Source: an uncultured Coriobacteriales bacterium | GTDB taxonomy: Bacteria > Actinomycetota > Coriobacteriia > Coriobacteriales > UMGS124 | Assembly (NCBI GenBank): GCA_934636245.1 | Contig: CAKUAI010000003.1 | Span: forward strand, 120,305-184,304 | Direction: 5' to 3' | DNA length: 64,000 nt | In this document: in pieces, positions 27,313 through 37,409 of the stretch | How positions within the stretch are numbered: position 1 is the first letter of the stretch | Layout of the letters: each line of letters starts with the position of its first letter | Translations under genes and position numbers: made by a program | Notes under the pieces: generated by a model | Seen by the model: the letters and a program-made list of their open reading frames with translations, nothing else | Database searches by the model: none | Told to the model about the DNA's origin: nothing

Positions 27313-28535
27313 CCCATACACAGCACACCTCGTCGGAAATGACGCCCGAAGACCTCGATCGCGCGCGGTTCAAGCGGGCACTTTCGAGCATGGACGCCTC
27401 TGACGAGACGATTGAGAGGATCATGCGCATGGCTGAGAAAGAAGATAGGTTGCAGGCGCAACAGGAGCAGACGTTTTCCCAGGTAACAGGCTCGGGCTCG
27501 CACAGCAAGAAGGTGCCCCGCGCCCCGCGTGGCAGGCTTCGCGTGCGCACGGCGGTTGCAATCGCGGCCGCCACGGCGCTCGTCGCGTCGGCAGCGTATG
27601 CCGCGGTGAACGTCGATTTCGCTCAGCTCGCGTTCGGGCCAAAGGGCAACGCCGACGTCGAGGCGCACACGGTGGTGGAACAGGATTGCATCAACCCGGT
27701 GACCGGCGAGCCCAAGAGCTGGGTCGCCCCGTCGCGTACCTGGGCGGATGTGGACGAACAGACTGCCGAGCGCCTGCTCGACGGCTATGTGTTCGACGCG
27801 GGGCTCACGGCCGAGTTGCACGGTTATACGCTCACCGTGGGCCAGTGCGTGATGGACGAGAACGGCAACGGCATCGCGGCCATCACGATCGAGAACCCCG
27901 ACGGCGTCGATATTGCCGACGCTGGGTATGGCGAGGTGTACCTCTCGAACGACGCCCCGGTTTTCGAGCTCGTGCAGTCTCCCGACGGCGAGTCGCCCTG
28001 GGACGTTCGCATTGTGCGCGACGTCGAGGCCAGCACGGATACCAAGCTTGTGGGCGCCGCCTACTTCGGCCCGTTCAGGGGAACCATCGGCGAGGGCCTC
28101 GTCTGGTCGCTGGAAAACCGTGAAGACGGCGGTCAGTCCTCGGTGCAGGCCAGCAACGCTGCAGGTGAGTCCACCTATCTGCCTGCCGCAACCGTGCCTG
28201 CGAAGGAGTTCAAGGACGAAGACGGCGCGACGGTGGAGCTTTCTCCCATCGGTATGGTGCAGCATCCCGCCAGGGCCGACCAACACATACGGGAAGTGGT
28301 GATTCGCTTTACGGACGGCACCGAGTACACGGTGGACCGTTGGGGAGTGGATGACCCGGTTGTCAACAGCGTGCTGTCCTACGGATATGGCTGGGAGAAC
28401 GAGGACGACGGCGCCCGCGTGTTCAACCGCCTCGTCGACGTCGATGCGGTGGAGTCTATCGTGCTGCGTGGCGTCATTCGGGCCGATGACCCCAACGACG
28501 AGCAGGAATTCGAAACGGTGCTGAGCGCCTCGTAG
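27309..28535 (+). CDS. putative anti-sigma factor (single TM, large extracytoplasmic domain)
   Basis: Start overlaps the sigma-factor stop (ATGA). One TM segment (RTAVAIAAATALVASAAYAAV) at about aa 80. The remainder is an acidic extracytoplasmic domain of unknown fold. The call rests on position and topology only. Confidence 0.55.
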   Translation: MTHTQHTSSEMTPEDLDRARFKRALSSMDASDETIERIMRMAEKEDRLQAQQEQTFSQVTGSGSHSKKVPRAPRGRLRVRTAVAIAAATALVASAAYAAVNVDFAQLAFGPKGNADVEAHTVVEQDCINPVTGEPKSWVAPSRTWADVDEQTAERLLDGYVFDAGLTAELHGYTLTVGQCVMDENGNGIAAITIENPDGVDIADAGYGEVYLSNDAPVFELVQSPDGESPWDVRIVRDVEASTDTKLVGAAYFGPFRGTIGEGLVWSLENREDGGQSSVQASNAAGESTYLPAATVPAKEFKDEDGATVELSPIGMVQHPARADQHIREVVIRFTDGTEYTVDRWGVDDPVVNSVLSYGYGWENEDDGARVFNRLVDVDAVESIVLRGVIRADDPNDEQEFETVLSAS

Positions 28536-28744
28536 TGGCTGGTATAGGTGGACTTGTCTTGCAGGGTCACATGGCTGTTATTTCAAACCGTCTGGTTTGC
28601 TGCGCTTGTATCCGCTGACAGATATCCTGATTCGTGACTACGCAGCCGCCAGCTCGATTCTTTGGGGCGGCCCGGCGTGAACGACTTGAATTGTTGCGTT
28701 TTGCATTATCGGCCTAGGCAGCAGACTTGTAGCGCAATCGAAAA

Positions 28745-28782
28745 GCGCCCGCCTTCCTCGCGCAATCGAGGAAGGCGGGCGC
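28745..28782. terminator. hairpin between convergent genes
   Basis: GCGCCCGCCTTCCTCG - cgcaat - CGAGGAAGGCGGGCGC, a 16-bp perfect stem, preceded by AAAA and followed by ACTTGTTTG. Confidence 0.65.
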
Positions 28783-28858
28783 ACTTGTTTGCGCCGGTAG
28801 TTTTGCTCATCTGCGTTAGAGCTTGCTGATGCCGCAACGCCCTGTGCACGATATATCT

Positions 28859-30040
28859 CTACTGCAAGGTCACGAAAAGCCTCGTGACGAAGCCGGCCTC
28901 GTTGCAGCGCCAGCGCCAGCTGAAATACGTTCCCCAGAACTGCCCTGCGGCATCGAGCTGGTAGAACGTGTTGTCGAGCGTCTCGCCGTCAATATAGAAG
29001 TCGAGCATGTCGATGACGCAGCCAGGATAGGTGTACACCGCTTGAATCGCGGCGTCGGCCAGCGTGCAGGTCTCGGGGGAAAGACGCACGTACCCCGGGC
29101 GGCCCAAATCGACGGGCGAGTCGTGCCGGGGCGTCCATCCCCAGTGGTCGCGTGCCAGCGTCTGCTCCGACACCATGAAGTAGAACCGCTGGGCGCCGAT
29201 GTCCTCGTCCATGTCGTCCCAGGTGACGTCGGAGTAGTACCAGGTACCGCCGATGCACGTCATGTTCCAGGTGTGCAACATCTCCTGGCTGTCAACGACC
29301 TCGCAGGGGATGCCGAGCCGCTCCATGACGAGCGCGAAGGCCGACGAGTAGCCCGTGCAGACTGCCTTGCCAAAGGCGAGGGCGCCCAGCGGCGTGCGCG
29401 ACATGGTGTCGAGGATGTAGGGCTCAACCACGTCGTGGTCGTAGGCAACGTTGTTCTGCAGCCAGTCGTACACGTACAGCGCCTTGTCATATTCGCTGGC
29501 AGCGGGGTCAATCTGCGCGACAAGCGAGGTGATGGCGGCGTCGAGGTCGGCCTGGTAGGTCGCAAGCGCCGCGTTGTCGATGCGGTAGCTCACCTGGAAG
29601 GAGACGGTCTCTTCTCCGCGCGTCGAGTAGTCGATGGTCAGATAGTGGGCTGCCCAAGGTGCCGTGTGCAGGTATTCGAGGGCAGCCTCGAAGTCCTCGG
29701 TGCTGATATGGCTTGCCGAGATGTCCACCAGATCGAGGCTGCAAGCGATGAGCGTCTCATACAGCGCCTGCAGCGCGGCCAAAAAGCCTTCGGAGTATTG
29801 GGCGCGGTCGGCGTCGGTGATGCCTGGTACGCTAGGCGCAGCCGGGGTATCGGCCCCGCAAGACGAGGCAGGCATCGAGACCTGCGCACTGTCCTGGGCC
29901 CCCTGCGCCTCAAGTGCATCCCCGAAGACCGAGCGCGCGGCCCAGGCGGGGGAGGCCCTGCCCATCAAGCACGTGCCGGCAGCGAAAGTAAGCCCGACGA
30001 CAAGGTCGCGGCGGGAGACGGTGCGTTCGACGTGCTTCAT
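28859..30040 (-). CDS. secreted transglutaminase-like (Cys-His-Asp papain-fold) protein
   Basis: RR signal MKHVERTVSRRDLVVGLTFAAGTCLMG. Transglutaminase-core pattern GKAVCTGYSSAF ... MLHTWNMTCIGGTWYYSDVTWDD. Confidence 0.7.
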   Translation of the reverse strand: MKHVERTVSRRDLVVGLTFAAGTCLMGRASPAWAARSVFGDALEAQGAQDSAQVSMPASSCGADTPAAPSVPGITDADRAQYSEGFLAALQALYETLIACSLDLVDISASHISTEDFEAALEYLHTAPWAAHYLTIDYSTRGEETVSFQVSYRIDNAALATYQADLDAAITSLVAQIDPAASEYDKALYVYDWLQNNVAYDHDVVEPYILDTMSRTPLGALAFGKAVCTGYSSAFALVMERLGIPCEVVDSQEMLHTWNMTCIGGTWYYSDVTWDDMDEDIGAQRFYFMVSEQTLARDHWGWTPRHDSPVDLGRPGYVRLSPETCTLADAAIQAVYTYPGCVIDMLDFYIDGETLDNTFYQLDAAGQFWGTYFSWRWRCNEAGFVTRLFVTLQ

Positions 30041-30049
30041 GGGCCCTCC

Positions 30050-30772
30050 TTATGCGAAGTGCTTGCCCTCGCGCTTGTCGGCCGTCTGATCGGAATCGGC
30101 CTCGCTCGTGGCGGCAGCCTTCTTCCTGCGCTTTGCCTGCCAGCCCTTCACGACGCCGATGGCAGCGGGAATGGCCGAGATGGCGATGATGAGCACGAGC
30201 ACGAGCTCAAAGTGCTCCTGCACAAAGGGCACGCCGCCGAAGAAGTAGCCCAGCAGGGTGAAGACAGACGACCAGGTGATGCCGCCCAGGATGTTCCAGA
30301 TGACGAAGTGGTGCCACTTCATGCCGCCCATGCCCGAGAGGAACGGCACGAACGTGCGGATGAAGGGGAAGAAACGGCCGAGGAACACGGCGAGCGGGCC
30401 CCACTTGTCGATGAGGGCTTGAGACTTCTCGATGCGCTCGGGGGTCATCGACTTGACCTTGCCCGAGGCGATGATGCGCTGGCCGAAGAAGTGGCCGATG
30501 GCGAAGTTGCACTGGTCGCCCAGGATGGCTGCGCACCACACGGTGAGCAGCAGCGGGAAGAGCGACAGTCCGCCGCCGTCAGCTGCAAAGCAGCCGGCTG
30601 CGAACAGCAGCGAGTCGCCTGGCAGGAACGGGAACACGACCACGCCGGTCTCGATGAAGATGATGAGGAACAGCGGCGCGTACACCCACACGGCGCCCAG
30701 GCCGGTAATCCAACCGGCGATGGCGGTGCGCGGGTCCTGGATGAGTTCGATCAGGTATTGGATGGGGTTCAT
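30050..30772 (-). CDS. DedA/SNARE-associated family membrane protein
   Basis: Characteristic VFPFLPGDSLLFAAG motif and GRFFPFIRTF segment. Multiple TM helices. Confidence 0.8.
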   Translation of the reverse strand: MNPIQYLIELIQDPRTAIAGWITGLGAVWVYAPLFLIIFIETGVVVFPFLPGDSLLFAAGCFAADGGGLSLFPLLLTVWCAAILGDQCNFAIGHFFGQRIIASGKVKSMTPERIEKSQALIDKWGPLAVFLGRFFPFIRTFVPFLSGMGGMKWHHFVIWNILGGITWSSVFTLLGYFFGGVPFVQEHFELVLVLIIAISAIPAAIGVVKGWQAKRRKKAAATSEADSDQTADKREGKHFA

Positions 30773-31086
30773 GCGGGGGAGCGATCCTTCCGTGAGGCGG
30801 GCAACGTGCGTGCAAAAACGATCCGGCTGCAGCCTTGGTCCTGCCGACGCCGCGGCAAAGCCTCAAACGCATCCGAACTGGGGTCAAACAAAGCCTGCTG
30901 CAGTATACCCGCCCTTTACGCGCTGCCCCCGCCTCCCGCCAATCCTTGACATGGTTTTTGCTTGTGGCAGATGAGGACTGCACATACAAGGAGGTCGCCC
31001 CGGCAGGTCATGCGACGGCGCCGCATTGGCGCAGACGAGGGGCGAGTGTAGAATGGTGCCACCGGTCTTTCCGAGGAGGGGGCTCG

Positions 31087-32157
31087 ATGGACGAGAAACA
31101 GCTGGGGGCGTTTCAGGCCGCATATGAGACGGGGAGCATGGCAAAGGCGGCGGAGGAAGTCATCATCACGCCGCAGGGGCTTTCCCGCCTGATTGCCTCG
31201 CTTGAGGCGGAGCTGGGCGGGCGGCTTTTTACGCGGACGAGCCAGGGCGTCGTTCCCACCGACCTTGGGCGCAAGGCGTATCCCAGGACCATGAAAATAC
31301 TCGCGCTCATGCGGGAGATGCGCGTCGACGCCGATGATGGGCGAGAGGTCGTCTCCGTGGCGTCCACAAGCGGTGGTCTCACGTATTTCGGCAGCGCTTT
31401 GTTTGACGACTTCGAAAAGGAATGCCCGGACGTCGTTGTGCGCGTGGAGGAGGGCAACGACGAGCATATCGCGCGGATCGTCGCCGCCGGCTTGGCCGAT
31501 TGCGGGATTCTTTCGGGGTCGCCCGACCTTACGCGGTTCGACTCCACTCTTTTGGCGCGGCATCCTCATGCGCTTATCGCTCGGCCCGATGACCCGCTTG
31601 CCCTTCTCGCCGCTTCCCGGGAAGACGGCTGCGTTACGCTCGAGGACCTTCAGGGGCGCACCGTTGGCATTATGGGCGAGGGATTCAGCCCTTACAACTA
31701 CATTCGGGAGCGCATGCTGCGCGACTGCGTTGCGCCTGCCGCGCTCATCGGCTTTGCGGAAATGCATACGGGTATTGTTCGCGTTCGTTCAGAGGGGCTG
31801 TGCGTCATCACGACCGATTTCGTCGTGCCTCCCGGCACAGATGAGAGCCTGACAATTCTGCCGTTTCGCGACAAGCAGTTTACCTGGGATGAGTACGTCG
31901 TTGTCCCACGCGGCGTCAAGCCTTTTGAGGGCGTCGTCAAACTGCGCGATTTTCTCCCCCGCTGGTATCAGCAGCATGAGCGGGCCCTGTTCCCCTGGCG
32001 CAGCCCCGACGGCGCATGGCCGACGCCGCGCCCGTTGGGTTTCTTTCTGTGCTGGTGCGCTAGAGCCTTTTACGCAGCGGGCTCCATGTCCTTGATCTTG
32101 GCGCCGACGAGCAGGCCGAACGTGACGCAGGCGGAGATGGCGGAGCCGACGAGGTAG
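31087..32157 (+). CDS. LysR-family transcriptional regulator
   Basis: ATG 31087 (aa 85 of track ORF 30835..32157) gives MDEKQLGAFQAAYETGSMAKAAEEVIITPQGLSRLIASLEAELGGRLFTRT (LysR wHTH). The C-terminal ~55 aa run 88 nt into the convergent gene and may be a non-conserved extension. Confidence 0.8.
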   Translation: MDEKQLGAFQAAYETGSMAKAAEEVIITPQGLSRLIASLEAELGGRLFTRTSQGVVPTDLGRKAYPRTMKILALMREMRVDADDGREVVSVASTSGGLTYFGSALFDDFEKECPDVVVRVEEGNDEHIARIVAAGLADCGILSGSPDLTRFDSTLLARHPHALIARPDDPLALLAASREDGCVTLEDLQGRTVGIMGEGFSPYNYIRERMLRDCVAPAALIGFAEMHTGIVRVRSEGLCVITTDFVVPPGTDESLTILPFRDKQFTWDEYVVVPRGVKPFEGVVKLRDFLPRWYQQHERALFPWRSPDGAWPTPRPLGFFLCWCARAFYAAGSMSLILAPTSRPNVTQAEMAEPTR

Positions 32158-33620
32158 TGATTGCCCTCGATGGAGCGCAGCATCATCTCGCCCAGCACGA
32201 AGAGCCTGCCGCCGCCCACGGGGCGCTTGTACTGGTCGACAGCCTGGAAGTCGTCATCGCAGATAAAGCCGATGGTGGGGGCGTACAGGATGCAGGGACG
32301 GTTTGCCCATGCGTAGTACGGGGGCTTGTCCAGGGGGAAGGGGTCGCTCGTGCCGGCGCCGTTCAGATACTGCCTGTGGAAAAGTGTGTCCTCGCCGTTG
32401 GCCATGTCCTCGTTGTACTTGGCGAGCGTCTCGGCAAGCTTGGGGGCGTTGATCTTCTCGGCCAGCTCCTCAATTGTTTCGCCGCTGATAAGGTACTCGA
32501 GCTTGCTCTCGGTCAGGCCGAGCGGGTTGCCCTGCGCCATGGCGGCGTCGTAAATGTTCTGGTCGATGACGGTGTAGGCGAAATACGTGCCGGTGTCGGG
32601 GTTGATGCCCTGCTTGATGAGGTCGCGCGAGCGGCTGTTGGTCCAGTACTGGCCGTCGTCGGTGAAGCGCTCACCGTCCTTGTTGACCAGAATCGCGCCG
32701 AACTGGCAAAGCTCGCAGTAGTTGAGCGTGCCAGAGGGCTCGTAGCCTTCCACGAAATAGAGGTTCGAGCGGCCCCACATTGCGGCACCGAGCTGCATCG
32801 CGGCGAGGAAGCCGTCGCCATAAGCGCCCAGGCCGGTCACCTTGTCGACTTTGCTTGCGCCGGGGAGCATCTCCTCCATCATGGTGTCGTTGCGCATGAA
32901 GGCGCCCGTGGCAAGGACGGTGGCCTTTTTGCCGCGAATGGCAATCGTGTTTCCGTCCGGATCGGTGGCGTAGGCACCCAGAACCGTGCCGTCGCCATCG
33001 GCGATAAGCTCGGTGAAGGGGGTCTCGAACTTGATCTCGACGCCCTCTTCCACGCAGTGCTCCTCGAGCAGCGCGCAGAGCTGGCGCGGGTCGGTGACGT
33101 AGGTGCGGTTGGTGCTGTGGCCAGACGAGTTGATGACGGGACCGAACTCAAGACCCCAGTCGCGAAGCAGGTTGTAGGCGTCGGTGCAGTTCTCGGTAAA
33201 GGTGTGCACGAGGTTCTCGTTGCGTAGGGTGTCGGCGCTGGGGTAGTCGCCGTCGGCGCCGCCCCAGGCAAGCATGTCCTCGGCCATAGCCTCGGGAGAG
33301 TCCTCGATGCCCGCCTCCTCCTGTCGGTCGGTGCAGCAGGCGGAATAGTTACCCATGCAGTAGCACGTGGAGGACGTGAAGACGTTGTCTTCGCGCTCGA
33401 GAACAATGACGCTCTGGCCGTCGGCGGCTGCGGCGTACGCGGCGCTCAGGCCGGCAGAGCCAGCTCCGAGAACAAGTAGGTCGCACTCGAAGTCCTATGC
33501 TTCGGGAACCTTGCCGTTGGCGGCTGCCGGCTCATCGGCGAGGGCCATACCAGTGGCAAGGGTGGTGCATGCGGCCGTTCCGGCGCCAGCGATGAAATTA
33601 CGACGGGTCATATCGTGCAT
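32070..33620 (-). pseudogene. Tat-signal FAD-dependent reductase interrupted by an in-frame TAG
   Basis: Minus-strand reading from ATG 33620 (GAAGGGGA RBS) gives MHDMTRRNFIAGAGTAACTTLATGMALADEPAAANGKVPEA-TAG-DFECDLLVLGAGSAGLSAAYAAAADGQSVIVLER... This is in frame with track ORF 32070..33356. The stop codon occupies 33495-33497. Confidence 0.75.
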
Positions 33621-33757
33621 GATAAATCCCCTTCTTTTGGCGGGGCCCCCTTGGCCCTGCTCGCAATTGGTACATTACGGTTTCGCCGAGAAGCTGGGAA
33701 TAAACGGCTGAGACAGGGGGTCTCAACCCATAGTGGTGCCACGCTTGTTGACGGTCG

Positions 33758-34651
33758 TCAGCACATGCGGTGGTTATGCGACTTTGACCAGGAAAGCGCG
33801 AGCTCACGATAGGCCAGGGCGGCGGGAGTCAAGGTCCGAGCCTTGGACGTGACGAGATAGATTTCCCAGAAGAAGTCGTCTTCCTCGAAGGGGATGACAA
33901 CGGTGCTCGCCCAAGGGGTCCTCTCCTGCCAGTAGTCGGCGCCGATCCACACGGCGTTGTTGTCGTTGACGAGCGGCATCGCGCTGTACGTCTCTATCAC
34001 GCCTCTGATGCGGCTCCTGTCGACATCGGCTTTTACGAGCCTGTCGCATACGCCTTGAAAGTCCACGTAGTCGCGGCCAAGAAGCGTGACGGTTTGATTT
34101 GCAAGGTCGGCGAGGCGAACGCTCTCGCGTTTTGCAAGCGGGTTTGCCTCGTGAACGACGAGTATGTGCTTGAACGACATGAAATGCTCGACGGTATACG
34201 CTTCGTCGTCTATCGGTCCGCCGATGAAGCCTATCTCGGCTTCTCCGGAGCCAAGCATCTCAAGCGCCACTCGGTCGGTGACGTCGTCCATGATGAGTTT
34301 GACGTAGGGGTTTTCGCACTTGAAGGTGTACGTGAACTCATCGTCGAGGTACACGAGTGTTCCTGTGGTGGCGGCAATTCGTATCTCGGCGTTGGTTTGG
34401 CTGTTTGCGTCGCTTGAGACCTGTTCGAGGGCCTGCAGGAACTCCGCGGCCTTGGGATAGAGCGCCTGCGCATGGCTTGTGGGGACCGTCCCATGGGGCG
34501 ATCGGATGAAAAGCACGGCGCCCAACTCTTCCTCCATGCGCCTGATTGCCTTGGACAGGCCTTGAGGCGTCATGTAGAGCCTCGACGCCGCCTTGGTGAT
34601 GCTCCCGCAGTCAATGACCTTGACAAACGCCTCAACGCTGCTGATGTCCAT
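33758..34651 (-). CDS. LysR-family transcriptional regulator
   Basis: MDISSVEAFVKVIDCGSITKAASRLYMTPQGLSKAIRRMEEELGAVLFIRS wHTH plus a typical substrate-binding length (297 aa). Confidence 0.85.
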   Translation of the reverse strand: MDISSVEAFVKVIDCGSITKAASRLYMTPQGLSKAIRRMEEELGAVLFIRSPHGTVPTSHAQALYPKAAEFLQALEQVSSDANSQTNAEIRIAATTGTLVYLDDEFTYTFKCENPYVKLIMDDVTDRVALEMLGSGEAEIGFIGGPIDDEAYTVEHFMSFKHILVVHEANPLAKRESVRLADLANQTVTLLGRDYVDFQGVCDRLVKADVDRSRIRGVIETYSAMPLVNDNNAVWIGADYWQERTPWASTVVIPFEEDDFFWEIYLVTSKARTLTPAALAYRELALSWSKSHNHRMC

Positions 34652-34815
34652 GCTGCCGCCTTTGTCCGAAATTAACGACCAATGACATTATGGGAGATGC
34701 CGCTGCGTTTGGCTCTCAGAAACCTTGCGGCTTGCATAAGAGAGCCGCCCTCCTGCCTCGATGAGGCGAGAGGGCGGCCGTATGCTGCAGTGTTTTGGGG
34801 GATGTCTTGCCTTAC

Positions 34816-35685
34816 TTAGCCCTGCATGGTGAATTCGCTGGCGCGAACAAGCTGCTCATGAGCGGGCAGGTCGGCGTAGATGTTGCGGCCGAACTCGTAG
34901 GCAGCCTCGAGACCGCCGGTGTCCTCGATGTGCTTGAAGCTGCCCTGACGGTGCATCTCGGCGTTGGCACCCCAGCTGTTCTCGCCACAGCCGCCCACGA
35001 ACAGGTGGCCGCGATCGTGCAGGCCGATGTAGTTGCAAATGGCGGTGTGGTACCACTCGCGCACCCAGTTGTAGGTGTACCAGCCCGTGTCGGCGGAGGA
35101 GATGAGCAGCGCGACGTCGAGGTTGCGGTACATCTCATGCCAGTCGTGCGGCAGGTCGTAGATGTTGGAACCGTCGCTGACGCGGTAGAAGAGACGCTCG
35201 ATGGCGTTCTTGAGCATGCCGGTGACCATCCAGTAACGCATGGGCGTTGCGAAGACGATCATGTCGTAGTTCCAGTAAGCGTCGACAATCTGCTGCATGT
35301 CGTCGTCCCAGATGCAGGTGCGGTCCTCGCTCTGGCGGCAGTGGCCGCAGCCGATGCACGGCTTGAGGTCCATCTGGCCCAGCAGGAACGTCGTGACCTC
35401 GTGGCCCATCTCCTGGGCGCCACGGGCGAACTCATAGGCCATCTTGGCGGTGTTGCCCTCGGTGACGTCCTGACCCGAACCCACGAGGATGGCAATCTTC
35501 TTGGGCTCCTGAGCGGGCAGGTCCTCGGCGGCCACGTAGTCGGGGATGTACGGGTCGTCCTCGGAGGAGGCGGTGTCGGCCTTGGCCTGCTTGGTGCTAG
35601 TGGTAAATCCCAGAGCGCTCAGTGCGGCAGCGCCAGCGGCCATGGTCTGGGCAAAGCCTCGACGGCTCATTTCCATCTCAATCAT
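34816..35685 (-). CDS. Tat-exported iron-sulfur flavoprotein (Isf)/flavodoxin-like FMN reductase family protein
   Basis: ATG 35685 gives MIEMEMSRRGFAQTMAAGAAALSALGFTTS (RR signal). Flavodoxin-like KKIAILVGSG..GNTAKMA. Cys cluster PCIGCGHCRQSEDRTC (CX2CX2CX7C). Confidence 0.75.
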   Translation of the reverse strand: MIEMEMSRRGFAQTMAAGAAALSALGFTTSTKQAKADTASSEDDPYIPDYVAAEDLPAQEPKKIAILVGSGQDVTEGNTAKMAYEFARGAQEMGHEVTTFLLGQMDLKPCIGCGHCRQSEDRTCIWDDDMQQIVDAYWNYDMIVFATPMRYWMVTGMLKNAIERLFYRVSDGSNIYDLPHDWHEMYRNLDVALLISSADTGWYTYNWVREWYHTAICNYIGLHDRGHLFVGGCGENSWGANAEMHRQGSFKHIEDTGGLEAAYEFGRNIYADLPAHEQLVRASEFTMQG

Positions 35686-35914
35686 TTGATTTCCCTCACC
35701 CTTGGAATCCTTTATTCGCAGCTGCTTGACATGTAGTCTAGGGTGTGGAATGGGCAAACGGAATAAATGAGATCTTGCCCGGGGGCAACGAAATGTTGAG
35801 GGCAGTCACGCCTTCGAGCCTGTTCTGTCCAATTGGCTCGACGTCATGCACGGGCGACGGGCGGTGGGCAAAAATCAAAGCTCCTTCTAGTCACTGCCAG
35901 CGATTTTCGCGAGG

Positions 35915-36139
35915 TCATGCACCTCGCTTCTGTGCGACGACGTCTATTCCAAGCATTTGGGCGAGGCGAAGTGCCCGGCCCATCTCTACGGTGGGCTTGC
36001 CGCGCTCGACGTCGGAGACGAAATTGATTCCCACGCCGCACCATTCTGCCAGGTCGGTTTGTGTGAGGCCCTGCTCTTTTCGGGCCTGTCTAATAAGCGC
36101 GCCGAAGTCAGACACGTTTGCGACGGTTGTCATGGGCAT
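35915..36139 (-). CDS. XRE-family helix-turn-helix protein (HipB/antitoxin-like)
   Basis: ATG 36139 with GGAGG upstream. ALIRQARKEQGLTQTDLAEWCGVGINFVSDVERGKPTVEMGRALRLAQMLGI is a canonical HTH_XRE. No toxin partner is evident. Confidence 0.75.
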   Translation of the reverse strand: MPMTTVANVSDFGALIRQARKEQGLTQTDLAEWCGVGINFVSDVERGKPTVEMGRALRLAQMLGIDVVAQKRGA

Positions 36140-36324
36140 GCCTCCGGAATTGCGATTCACGCGAACGAATGAAATTCTACCAGACTCGCTGTGATTCACT
36201 CGTACGAGTGAAAATATCTTTCTAAAAGATTAATTCGCCCGTTCGCATGAAGTTTGTCTTGAGCGAAACCGGGTGGGAGGAGGGCCGTTTCTGAATGGGG
36301 CGCGCTTTGTCTTGGTGCGCGTCC

Positions 36325-37248
36325 CTACTCCGCCACTGCTTGTGCCAGCGACCAGAACGCTTTCGTCGCGCGGCGCATGTCGGCACCGCTGCCGCGTGGA
36401 CCTGCGGGTTTGCGCACGACGTAGGTCCCGAACCACTCGCCGCCTTCCACTGCCAGGCGCAGGGCCACGAAGCCGCGCGGGGTCTCGGCCACCGAGGGCG
36501 GAAAGCCGAAGCACGAGGCGTTGTACTCGTAGAGCAGGTGGCCCAAGAGGGCGGCGTCGGTCACGGTGGCGCAGATGTTGGGATGGACGTCCTCATCGGC
36601 GCAGCGCTGCATGACGAAGCGATGCACGTGGTTGTGTTGGCCGGCGGTTACAAGCCGCAGGTGGTTGAGGTCGCACAGCTCAAGATACGGCCTGCCCGCC
36701 AGGGGATGGTCGGCGGGGATGTAGAGCCATACGCCCACGCGCCGCACGCATGTGAAGTCGAGCGAGCCCAGAAGCGCCGGGTGCGAGCCGACGATGCCGA
36801 CGTCTGCATTGCCGCGCTCCACCGCCTCGAGCACGGTGTCGGTGCTCATCTCCTCGATGTAGAGGGCAACCTGCGGGTGCATGGCGGCATAGCGCTCGAA
36901 GAGGCCTTTCGGCACGGCTTTGCGCCCGCCGGTAACGAGGGCGATGTTGAGGGGCTCGCGCAGCTCGCCGTGTGCGTCGGGCGCGCCTCCGGGGTGGCGC
37001 AGGGTGCGCTCGCAGAGCTGGTCGAACGCGGCCACGACCCTGCGGCCCCCGCTCACGAGCTCCTCGCCGCGGTCGGTGGGCACGTACCCTGCGTCGATGC
37101 GCTCGAACAGGCGCGCCCCCGCCTCGGCCTCCAGGCTGCGTACCGTCTTGGCCACAGCCTGGCGGGACACGTGCAGCCGCTCGGCCGCCTTTGTGAGCGT
37201 GCCGCAGTCGTTGAGCGCGATGATGTAGCGCAGGTCTCGGATGTCCAT
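36325..37248 (-). CDS. LysR-family transcriptional regulator
   Basis: ATG 37248 gives MDIRDLRYIIALNDCGTLTKAAERLHVSRQAVAKTVRSLEAEAGARLFER. Divergent from the reductase gene at 37410. Confidence 0.85.
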   Translation of the reverse strand: MDIRDLRYIIALNDCGTLTKAAERLHVSRQAVAKTVRSLEAEAGARLFERIDAGYVPTDRGEELVSGGRRVVAAFDQLCERTLRHPGGAPDAHGELREPLNIALVTGGRKAVPKGLFERYAAMHPQVALYIEEMSTDTVLEAVERGNADVGIVGSHPALLGSLDFTCVRRVGVWLYIPADHPLAGRPYLELCDLNHLRLVTAGQHNHVHRFVMQRCADEDVHPNICATVTDAALLGHLLYEYNASCFGFPPSVAETPRGFVALRLAVEGGEWFGTYVVRKPAGPRGSGADMRRATKAFWSLAQAVAE

Positions 37249-37409
37249 GCGGGTCCTCGTTGCCTCGGTGAAACGTACGTAACTAAAGGTTACCCGAGAC
37301 GTAATCTCAAGTGGCGCTTTACGCATTGCATCCGTCTAAACTCCCCACTCGAAAGGCGGCGCAAAGGGGCGCCGTCGCACGGGGATTTCCAGAAATGGAG
37401 ACGATTCAC

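Noticed and set aside
33495-33497. Reading the in-frame TAG as pyrrolysine or programmed read-through
   Set aside because: There are no pyl genes or suppressor tRNA in the window. It is a single occurrence at a non-conserved linker position. Nonsense mutation or sequencing error is the simpler explanation. It is kept only as a low-probability alternative in the finding.
35915-36139. HipB-like XRE protein considered as part of a toxin-antitoxin pair
   Set aside because: No HipA-like or other toxin ORF lies adjacent on either side. The next gene downstream is the Tat-exported flavoprotein and the next upstream is a LysR regulator. It is annotated only as an orphan HTH regulator.
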